NCBI GenBank assembly: GCA_000165425.1
Contig: CT868670.1
Coordinates: forward strand, 310,001 to 341,488
Direction: 5' to 3'
From: Paramecium tetraurelia
Lineage: Eukaryota
Length of the DNA: 31,488 nt
Shown: one piece after another, positions 1-10,626 of the stretch
Position numbering within the stretch: position 1 is the first letter of the stretch
How the letters are laid out: each line of letters begins with the position of its first letter
The notes under the pieces: generated by a model
The model's database searches: none
The model's input: the letters and a program-made list of their open reading frames with translations, nothing else
Told to the model about the DNA's origin: nothing
Program-made: the position numbers and the translations under genes

Positions 1-1958
1 AACATCAAACATACACTCCAAAAAGAAGTACAAGATCTAATAAAAATGACTTTGAAGCTAATTGAAGTAAAATTGAAAAATATTTTATAATTTTAGGAAA
101 AGGTTTAATGTACATAAAAAATTTCGAGATTACAAAAACTCATATCCGAAGAAGAAAAGCTTGAAAACCTCACTTCTCCACTCCGTATGAAGATCTCCAA
201 AGTTGAAACTGGAAATCGCAGAACTTCTTTGGGTAATTCTTTACAAGAACATTTTGAAATGTTCAAAAATAGTTCGACTGGATCCAAATGGTTGAATAAG
301 TAAAATATCATATCCAATTTTGAAAACACTCACTAAGTGTAATCCAAGACGTTTACTGAAGGTGTAGGAAAAGATTGTATTTTCTCAAAGTGCTTGAGTG
401 AATCTGAGGATGGTGGAGCAAGCAGCAGTGAATCAGAATCAGAAGAAGTATCAGATAAGGAAGACAAAAAGAATATCACTAAGAAATCACTAGAGGAATC
501 TTTTGAAATGGAAGATTTTGTTTAACAATCCAAAAGCAATGTAATTTCATTTAAAGATTTAAATTAAAATTTAATTAACATGGTTGATAAGTGTGATTTC
601 GATAATGAGAAGGAATAGAAAGTTAAGGGGTATTACAGTGATGGAGATTTCAAAACTACCAAATTAGTCAAGAACAAACAATTGTAAACCATAATATTAT
701 TAAATATGTTAGATTGAATGTAACTCTTCAGGATTTTGAATTTATCCAGGTTTTGGGTGTTGGAGCATTTGGGGCAGTGTGGTTGGTCTCTAAGAAGAAG
801 ACTAAGGATTATTATGCAATGAAAGTGATAGATTGTAGAAATAAGAATATGAATGAAATTTAGAATTTGAGAGCTGAAAAAAACGTCTTTGAAATTTTAG
901 AGGGTGATTTTGTAGTCAAAGCCTATTATTCCTTTATTTAAGACAATTGTCTGTTGTTCCTATTAGAATATATGATGGGGGGGGATTTTAGCCAAGTGCT
1001 GTTTCAATATGGACGTATTTCTGAATCAGTGGCTAAATTTTATCTGGCTGAATTGCTATTGGCGATTGAATCATTACACAAGAAAGGTATAATTCATAGA
1101 GATTTGAAACCACAAAATATCCTATTAGATGCACAGGGTCATCTAAAATTAGCCGATTTTGGTTTGTCTGAAATTGCCTTAGTGTAGAAGATAAGGGAAG
1201 GCAAGGATGGAATTAATTGTTCAATTGACCCTGAAGCCTTACCAATGAACGTTTCGAAGAGAAACATCAAAACAAAATGCAATATTGAATTTCATTTACA
1301 AAAGACTACTAGCAAGACCAGTATTTAGGAGCGAACGCAATCAGGGAAAAGATAGAATAGAATAATTGGAACTCCCGATTACATTCCCCCTGAGGTTATT
1401 TGTGGATTGTCCATATCTAACTTTTCAATAGATTGGTGGGCATTTGGAGTGATAGCCTATGAATTTTTAGTAGGAATTCCACCATTTAATGATTCTAGCA
1501 TTCCGAAAGTGTTCGAGAATATAATTAATAGATTTATAGAATGGCCAGAGATAGGCAGTGGAGAAGACATGATGAGTTAGGATGCTTACGAATTAATCAA
1601 TTCATTATTGGAACCATAATACCATATGAGACTCGGAGAGAAGGGTGCTGATGAAGTGAAATCTCATAAATTCTTCGATGGGATTGATTGGAATAACATC
1701 AGAAATTAGGAGGCTCCCATGATTCCAATAAGAGATTTGGATCAATTAGAGGAGGAGGAGAGCAATATCACGAAGAAGAAGAATGAGGAGGTGAAAATGA
1801 AGGACAGATTGCAATCAGTGCAAGTCTCCCATGATGGAAATCTAGATGACGTGGCTAACCTAACCAGAGTTGATCTCCTGGCCAAGATTAGTTAGAAGGA
1901 TGCTGAAAATGTAATGAAAAAAAGATCAATTCGGAAGACTATTTAACAATTTCTATGA
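1..1958 (+). CDS. AGC-family Ser/Thr kinase, MAST/Greatwall/Rim15/IRE-like (5' end outside window)
   Basis: Code 6: frame open from base 1. Intron 684-712 (29 nt, GTA..TAG); possible in-frame intron 67-96. Motifs LGVGAFGAVW, YAMK, HRDLKPQNILL, DFGLS, ~60-aa activation-segment insert, GTPDYIPPE, DWWAFG, GIPPF, RLGEKGADEVKSHKFFDGIDW. Stop TGA 1956-1958. Confidence 0.9.
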
Positions 1959-1971
1959 TTAATATATACTC

Positions 1972-4900
1972 ATGTTAAAGTACTTTCATGATTTATCCGA
2001 TGAATATGCCAAAAGTACATACAACCCTCAAACTATGAGTGAGTGCATCTAGGGTGTGTATGAGTATCTGAAGTAAGAGAAGAACGAAGATCAATTCGTC
2101 ATCAACAATGGAGGAATAAAACTCATCCATCAATCTTAATGGCATTTCGAAAAGTAATACTCAATCTGTTTAACATTCAATCCTCAAGGAGATGGAACGC
2201 TCTTCTAATTTTCATCCTCTCATGTCGATGGCAAAAGAATAATCGCCAATGGAGTTCATTGTTATATAATGGCTGGGGTAGTATTCTATAAGAATGTGTA
2301 CCAGAGATTCACTCTAGAGAAGGTTATTGTGGAGGATTACTCTTCCAATAATAAGTTGGGGGACGTCATCATGGATGGGTGGAACGAACTAATTATTTCA
2401 CATGAATGTGGAAAACTATATTCCAGACCAAAGTTTATATATTCAATTAATCAGAAAAAAAACACTTTGCAGATTGAGTATCCCAAAATCAGGAATCAGA
2501 ATCTTGAGCTCCTCTACTTCTAGCACATTAAGTGCAAAGTCAAGGAGATCTCCGTTTATAGTGAAGTCGTGGATCTCCATCTGAAATCCCCCTTTTATTC
2601 AAATCTACCCATTGTACGATCCTCACCAAACCTAAAGAGTCAAAGACCGAATCCAGAATGTAGTTTATGAACTCTAAGGAAACACCAAAATGACATCCTC
2701 TTTGCAGAAGTATGATTTTGTAGAATATGGTGGTATTAAAATATTAATTCCACTTTTCAATCTAATTCAATATTATGATCACTCTAAAATTGATGATTTG
2801 TTCGAAATCCTACTCTACACTCTTTTGCAGGATAGTCAAATCAACAAAAATCAAATTACTGATATGAAACTATTCCAATAGATAGCCTAAATTATCAAGG
2901 TAGACATCCCTAATCTCAGTTAAATTTTATAAATCAAACAGTAAGTATAGGATTAAGACATATTGAATCAGCTCTTGCTTTTAATTATTGATGTCAATTT
3001 CATTAAACGAGTCACCGATTAATAGCAATACTGCATCTTGTTACAATAATTCTACATCAATGATCATCAGCAATACTTAAAAGTCACCTCAATCTAGTAT
3101 CTGGCTCAATTATTGGTGAGTGTCAATTAGAAAAGCCAAATCCAAGATCAAATTCTATAAATTATGATCTACTCCTGTCAATATAACTTTAATACTTTGA
3201 AAGAACAATTCAAACTCTTCTTAAAAGTAGCTGAAGCATCAACAATTGAACTTAAAATTAAAGCCGTTCAAAGTGCAACTAGATTGGTTTCTGACTTATT
3301 CAGAGATGACTAAGACAACTTTATTGTTTTTAGAGATCATAACATTCAAAATAAGATCCTAAATGACATCCTTCTTCTCTTGCAAACTGATAGTATGGAT
3401 TGCTTGGTGGCAACTATCACATTATTGGGACAAATGCTTTATGGAACTAATGATCTCTTAAGTTAAGGGATGATCTCCTACATTTCTAAGGCAATTTGTG
3501 TAACCAATAACTTTGATAACTTGTTGAATGTGTTGACCTAATTACTGAAGATTAATTGCTTAAGTGTTGAAATTCTTTAGCACTTATACTCTTAAACCAA
3601 GTAATAAAATATCCTCGAATACTATCTTAATTATGTGAAGAAGATTACGATTGAATAATAACAACTCATACTCTAACAATATTCAATATGGTTTTTGGAT
3701 CAATTGAAGTTTGAATCAAATGAGAGACTCTTAGAGATTTTTGTTTATCTTCTAAAATAGAATCCTCGATTCATGTTTTAAACTTTGATTCATTTTCAAA
3801 TTAGAAAGGATGTGTCAGCACTCATCACTGTAGTCACTGAAGCAATAGAATAGTTCAATGAGGAACAAATATATCAAGTCTAACAGATAATGTTCCAGAT
3901 ATATTTCTCAGTTCAATCATTCAAAAACTTTGAAGTGTTCTTAACTAAACTGATGAGACATGTAATCTCTTTAGAAAATGAGTAAGAACTATCCAAAATG
4001 GTTGAACAAAAAGAACTGCCCTTTGCCATTCAAAAGATTATCAACTTAAGTTTTCCTCTTGATAAGTTGAAAGAATGGTTACTCTATTTTACCAAACTCT
4101 TTTAATAGACTTAATCTCAACGCACAGAAGCGAGTTAAAGCTTTATGATCCAAATAATTGATTTACTCAAAGCAATTCAATCATAGAGTTAGGACGAATA
4201 GGTAAAGGAGAGTATTGAATAATTCCTTACTCAAAATGAGCTAATTCTTCAATCACTCGCAGAACAATAGGTGCAAGTATTTGATTCGATTAAATTTTAA
4301 GAAGATTTTTAAGTTATCCAAGAACAGTTGTTGATTAAATGGACTCAGGAACAGCAATAGATCAAGATGAATCAATCAGAAGAATTATCTAAATTAACAG
4401 ATGAAATCAATCAGGCTGCAGCATAGATGGAAGTGTCTGTTTACAAATTGATGAATAAAACCAGAAAAATCAGAGAAAGGTGGTGTAAGCTTTGGCACAA
4501 TTTACGAATTACTGTATATAGACCATAGGAATGCAAATTTCAAGTGGATGAATAAATTGATCATGATTACCAATTCCATGAGAATCCTTATTACATCAAT
4601 AAAATTGAGAAATACATCAATAAATGTTACTCTCGTCCAATATTAAAAATAAAGTTTAAAAAGAATCCTGAATTTGAGAATGATGCTTAAGTGCCTCTGG
4701 AAAAGAAGTAGCAGTACAAATGCTTTTGGCTAAAGAGTTTGTACTTAAAACAAGGAGGTGTCACAATAGGAGAGGACAAGATAACATTCTCCTATTACTC
4801 GTACTCTTAATAAGCGAATCACATTACCTTGTTGCCCCACACGATACCAAATCACCAAGCCATTCAAGAAATCGTGGAAGAGGAATCAGATTAGATGGCT

Positions 4901-6847
4901 GCATGAAAGAATATATATCAGGAATAGAAATGCCATTGAAATCATCTTCAAGGATGGAGAATCATTGTACTTGATATTTTAGGACCAGGGATTAAAGGAA
5001 CAGATAATTGAGAAGTTGAAAATACAACCGAAACAATGCGATTTCAATAAAGCTAGTAATTTCAAGTATTTAATGTATTTGAATTTTCTATCTTGTCGAT
5101 CCTACATTGATTTAACCAGATATCCAGTGTTTCCATGGGTTTTGAAGGGAAATGCTTCAGATTTTGATGACAATGATATTGCATCAATACAGAATGAGAT
5201 TAATTACAGAGACCTTTCTCTTCCCATAGGAGCTTGTGGAACTGAGCAGAGATTAGACTAATTTATTAAGAGATTTGAAAATGAATAGTTTTATTATGGA
5301 ACACATTATTCTAGTTAAGCATTGGTGTCTTAGTACTTGATCAGATTGAGTCCATTTACAGAAGCAGCCATATCTATACAAGATGGTAAGTTTGATATTC
5401 CAGATCGACTGTTTAGATCAATAATGAAATCATGGATCGATTGCAATAATGAGATGGCTGATGTAAGAGAGTTAACACCTGAGTTTTTTTATTTGCCTGA
5501 GGCCTTCTTAAATGTCAATGGGTATAATTTCGGTAAGTTGTAAAGCAGTCAAATAGTAAACAATGTACTATTACCATTCTACTCTAACAAGAATGCTTTT
5601 TATTTTGTTGCTCAAAATATGATAGCATTGGAGAGTGAGTATGCAATAAAGTTAAATGAATGGATTGATTTGATTTGGGGATACAAACAACAAGGAAGTG
5701 CTGCCGTAGATTCATTCAACGTATTCTATCCATTGACTTACTCAAACTTCGATGAAAATAGCATAGAAATCAATGAATTAGCGATGGAAACGCAAATAGC
5801 CCACTTTGGATAAACACCAGAGTAGATCTTCTATAAACCACATGCTCAAAAGAACTAGATAGTAGATAAGACTTAGTGGCAGACAGTAAAGAATAAAAAG
5901 TCATAAAGCAAATTGATCTACTTGATTTGTAATAAGAGCAAAGTGGTGAGCGTCCAAGAGGACTTTACATTAATTTAATGGTAGATTGTTAAAAATTAGT
6001 ATCAGTTTCAATAGGAGAAATAGGTGTAATTGCCAAAGATTAATTTTGATGCAATGATCAAATATGTACAATCACCCATTTTAGTATTGATTGAATAGTC
6101 AATAGTATTGTTTGGTGGAAATAACAATGGAACACTTACATACTATAGTTTAGATAATTTGAAGTTGTAGGGAGTGATTGAATTGGAAAGTGAGATTATC
6201 AACAATCATTGTACGGTCACAGTTCTAGCAGCTAACAAGCAACAGAATATCGTGATACTGGGAACTAATAAGGGTTTTGTGTACTATTACAATAAATTGC
6301 TGTAAGGTAAGTAGGACATAAAATAGGAGGAGTTGCTTAAGGGTAAGTACGTCATCTATGACACAACTTCGCAAATAAATTCAATAGAAATTTCAGAATA
6401 GCTAACCATCTTTGGTGTTGGGACTTAGGATGGAACCATATTCTTATATAATTTGTACAATCGCACTCTCTATAGATTCATCAATCATCCGAAGGGGTTG
6501 CCTATCTTCTACTTAAAATTGAGTTATTCTCCCTTACCTTGTGTGTTGTTTAGTTCCCATGATGAGCGGATTGTGGCTTATTCAATCAATGGGTTCTTGT
6601 TGCAATCGCTGCAAATCAAGGGAAACATCGAATATATGGAAATCAGGAAATCTGCCATAAATACTTTGGTATGGAATTAATTATAATTTTGTAGATTGTC
6701 ATCACAGACATAAACGTTTTTGAGTATCGACTGCCCTTTTTGGATAGACTGTCGGTGGTGCCTGCCCAAATTTGCACAAGGTTTATTTAGGCAACAAAAC
6801 AAATTTCAATTTTTGGTTGTAAATCTGGTGATCTGCGTATAATTTGA
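1972..6847 (+). CDS. BEACH-domain protein (ConA-like - helical - PH - BEACH - WD40), ~1615 aa if two 1-nt frame breaks are corrected
   Basis: ATG 1972 (alternative in-frame ATG 2035). BEACH motifs SNFKYLMYLN, RSYIDLTRYPVFPW, YGTHYS, GKFDIPDRLF, DVRELTPEFFY, WIDLIWGYKQQG, HFGQTP (Q = TAA). WD40-like C-terminus, intron 6669-6694, TGA 6845-6847. +1 frame breaks near 2588-2596 and 4835-4838; may be assembly error or a young pseudogene. Confidence 0.85.
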
Positions 6848-6886
6848 GGATTTGTTTATGTAATATTTCATATACAAAATTATATA

Positions 6887-9800
6887 ATGTTGCATTCTCC
6901 ATTGATTGAAGATTCGGAGGAAAAATAAAATGTATTGGTGAAACACAGCAAAACGAAAACCATATGGATAATAGTGCGGTACATAATATCTGACATCACC
7001 AAGAGACCAAGATCATTTAAGATCGGATTGTTTACGATCTATTTGGTAGTAACCTTCTTGGCTTTGCTCGAAAGTGCAGTTCAACTCTCTCCCTTAATAT
7101 TTATTCAATTGGCTGAGACTCAATCGGGAGACAGCGACTTACTATTCACTCCCATGTCTTCATTTAACAAATCGATCACTTACGAATCCTCTTCCACATT
7201 TATCAACACCACCGAAATTAACGAGTATTTCAATGAGACTGATGGCATCTTCGGATCATCGCCAAGATGGTTATTGACAGGTAATCTCATAAACAATAAT
7301 ACTCATGTGGAGAAGATTAATCAGAAATTAAGAACTTTTGTCATCATACTCAATCAAACCCAAGAAATCAGCATAGGTTTGGGTCGCAGATCGACTCAAA
7401 ATTACTTAACTGCAAATCAAGTCCAGGTCTCAGCTTCCACTCTCAGAGGATTGAATGCCAGTGTTGGTGATGTATTGTAGGTGAATATAGATGTGGATGA
7501 ATTGATCTCATTGTTAGATGGAAACACAAAAGGAGGAAGTGAAGACTTTTTTTATTAATTAATCGATTCGACTATTAATAAACCTTTAAGAAGAATATTC
7601 GGAGATGATTTTCAAAATAAGATTATTTAAAGAGAAGAAATCTAACAAGGAGCAGAAGAAGTTGTGGCTCTAGCTGATTTGTTGGAATCCAACTAAGAGT
7701 TGAAAAATTTATCCAAAGAATACATCGAAGAATATATTAACGGTCAGGATTTTCCTTAGGATGAAAAGAAATTATTGTTAGATATTATTGATATCGAATA
7801 CTAAAGAAATCTAAGTGAAGATGCCAGAACCTTAGAAAGATTTGCTTATAAATTAAACGAAAGTGTTACCGTTTATGAAATTGAAATGGCCATATCCAGT
7901 CTGGTAGCATAAAGTGCTAATTTCACTTTTGACGTCATTGTCACCGAAAAGATCGAATCACCCAGAGGAAAATGGCAAGATGGATTCAATGCTTTGTTGA
8001 TGGATTAACAAAATGCAACCAATATCTTGGTGGAAGGACTCCTGACCAAATTTGAAGAAGTGGTCATTGACAAAAGATTGAATGATGATACCACAATTGG
8101 AGCTGTTGCAGAATTGATACCAATAGATTTTGTCAAATCAGTTGTTTGGAATGCCTCTCAAAGGATCTATTTGCCAGATTACTCATTAGCTTAGAATCTT
8201 ATATTAAAAAATAGATTGCAAGTTTACTAAGACAAAAATACCATCAAATAAGGTATCATAGATGTCACCAATTAATTTTTTACAAAAACTGGGTTTGATT
8301 ACCCTGTTTCAGCATCTTCAACCTTAGCAACTGCTGTTTCAAATTACTTTATATTGAAAAATTTCATTGATAATCTCATAGCAGCTGCCACAATGATTTT
8401 ATTAATGCTATCTATTCTATTGATTTATTCATTGATGATAGGTGATGTAGATGAGAAGACTTATGAATTTGGTATGTTGAGAGCCTTAGGGTTCAGAAAA
8501 TCATGGTTAATTGTATTATTACTATTCTAAGCATTGACATTTGCAAGTTAGTAATCTATATTCTATATTATTAGTACCAGGCTTATTATTAGCCTTAATT
8601 ACTTGTTACATTCTTAACTCTTTGGTATCTATGTTAATATTTGAGACTACTGACATGGTTTCCAATTATGTGATTGCAGATCCAGCGTTATATCTAGCTG
8701 TGAGTTTAGGAATATTCATACCTATCATTAGCAATATATTTCCTATCTAGAGAGCTTTATCGAAGACATTGCGAGACTCTTTAGATTTGTATCATAGAAC
8801 AATTCAAGAAGTGATGGTTAATGTAGTGAAACTTGAGAAAATGGGTATATCTCTTACTTAGACTTTTTGTTCTTTGCTTTTAGTTGCCATTGGTTTTGTT
8901 AGTTATTACTTAATACCGATGGCATTCATTTTTAATAATGTGACCTTGGCCTTGAATATTATCAACGTCATCTTTATTATCATGATCATAGGATTCATGA
9001 TATTAGTCAACTTGCTTTAAGGGCCATTAGAAAGAGCCATTTTGTATTGTATTTTATGGATTTGTAAATTCGATAGAAATCTTAAATAGATAATTTTTAA
9101 GAATTTATCAGGTCATGCAAGCAGAAATTGGAAAACTACATTCATGTATTCACTTGCCCTGTCATTCATTCTATTTGCAGGAGCATCCCTTACGCTGGAT
9201 TCCAAAGTAATTGGCGATGCATTGCAATCAGCTTTAGGAGGAGATGTGACTGTTATGGTAATACCCACTGATAAAATTGGTTTGGATGAATTCGAAATAC
9301 GTAAGCATTTAGAGAGTGAAAGGATTAGAGATAACACATTAATTCAAGATTATTCATTTAATGCCATTTTGTTAACTCATTTTCCATTTTAAGGAGGAAT
9401 TTAATGGTTTACAACAATGGCAACCTTTCCATGGGCAAAAATACGATTAGGAGGAGTGGAACCAAACTACTTAGAAACGATTATGCAGGAATATTATTTG
9501 CCTGATGATTACGATGATTAAGTTTCATATCCAAAATTAAAGAGTGGAAAGAAAGATGGTGTATATGGTCTTTATGATAGGAGTGGCAATCTGGATATTG
9601 AGAGCTAGGAGGATGCTAAGAAGGTTATTACTTAAATGACCATACGGGATAGATACTACTAGGATCTCAATTTATCAAGACCAAATGTTAGAATAGAAGA
9701 AGATAGAGAAATCAATATAATTATTCCGTAAGGCTATAAATATGAAATTTCTATTGATGTTAACACTCCATCCTTAATTTGGTGGGGAAGATACTTTCGA

Positions 9801-10577
9801 ATTAATGTTAGACATACAGCCTCAAAGGTGCCTGGTTTTGATTTCTCATCCTACAGATAAGTAACAAAGTTTGGATAAGGAATCATTTCTATGCCTGACT
9901 AATTATATATGGTCAATAGATATTTAGGAGGAGATATCCGCAATATATCTAGTATTTCAAATCCATCGATAAGAGAATATTTGAGTAATTTGCCAAAGGG
10001 ATTGACATATGGATTGCCAAAAACAAGCTTAAGAGTTAAGTTTGCAAGATAGACTAGTAAGACTGAGAGGGTGGATTTCTGTAATCGATTAAGAAACTAT
10101 TTTAGAAATGATTAAACATTGCTATTTGATGTGAAAACTCTAAAGGAGGAAGCAGAGAATGCCTTCTTTTATATTCAAATCCTGAACATAGTTGTTGCTG
10201 TGATTGCCCTTACGTTATCATTCTTTTTAATTCTAATTTCATTTGTTGGAAATGTCAAAGACAATTCATGGGAATTCGGAGTTCTTCGAGCTATTGGATT
10301 AAATAAAAACCAACTTACTAGAATCTACATTTATGAGGCCATATCCTTAATCACCGCATCTGGAATACTTGGTACTTTCATTGGAATCTCTTTGGCCATT
10401 TTACTGACCCTCCAAATTCTCATGTTCATAGAATTACCTTTTGTGTTGATGTTCCCAACAGCCACATTTTTAATTACTTGTCTTGGAGGATTCGTCACAG
10501 CCGTAGTCGCCAGTTACTTAGCAGTCTTGGATATGAAGGACAAAAGCATTTCAGTCATTTTAAAAGGTCTATTGTGA
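6887..10577 (+). CDS. MacB/FtsX-family (type VII ABC) permease with two FtsX domains, ~1220 aa; paralog A
   Basis: ATG 6887, one intron 8547-8574, TGA 10575-10577. N-terminal KRPRSFKIG followed by a TM helix and a large extracytoplasmic loop. FtsX signatures EKTYEFGMLRALG and WEFGVLRAIG, each followed by TM helices. No Walker A/B ATPase domain. Confidence 0.88.
8396..8609 (+). repeat. 214-nt direct repeat, copy 1 (shared with 12131-12344)
   Basis: Base-by-base comparison: 213/214 identical to 12131-12344. The only mismatch is C8417 vs T12152 (synonymous Leu). The tract includes the 28-nt intron. Confidence 0.95.
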
Positions 10578-10626
10578 TAATTTTTTAATATTTCTAACAA
10601 AATAATGATAAATATTAATACTTTGA

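Noticed and set aside
105..329. Minus-strand ORF from the track (likewise 9113-9337, 22971-23204, 23089-23340, 26865-27065, 29105-29287)
   Set aside because: Antisense shadows of well-supported plus-strand genes, with no recognisable motifs.
2660..2678. 19-nt GTAG..AAG 'intron' that would repair the first BEACH frame break
   Set aside because: Shorter than any other intron here. The frame-2 peptide upstream of it already aligns with the paralogous BEACH protein, placing the shift near 2590.
4720..4974. Plus-strand ORF MLLAKEF… (and most of 2402-2584)
   Set aside because: Out-of-frame overlaps of the BEACH gene.
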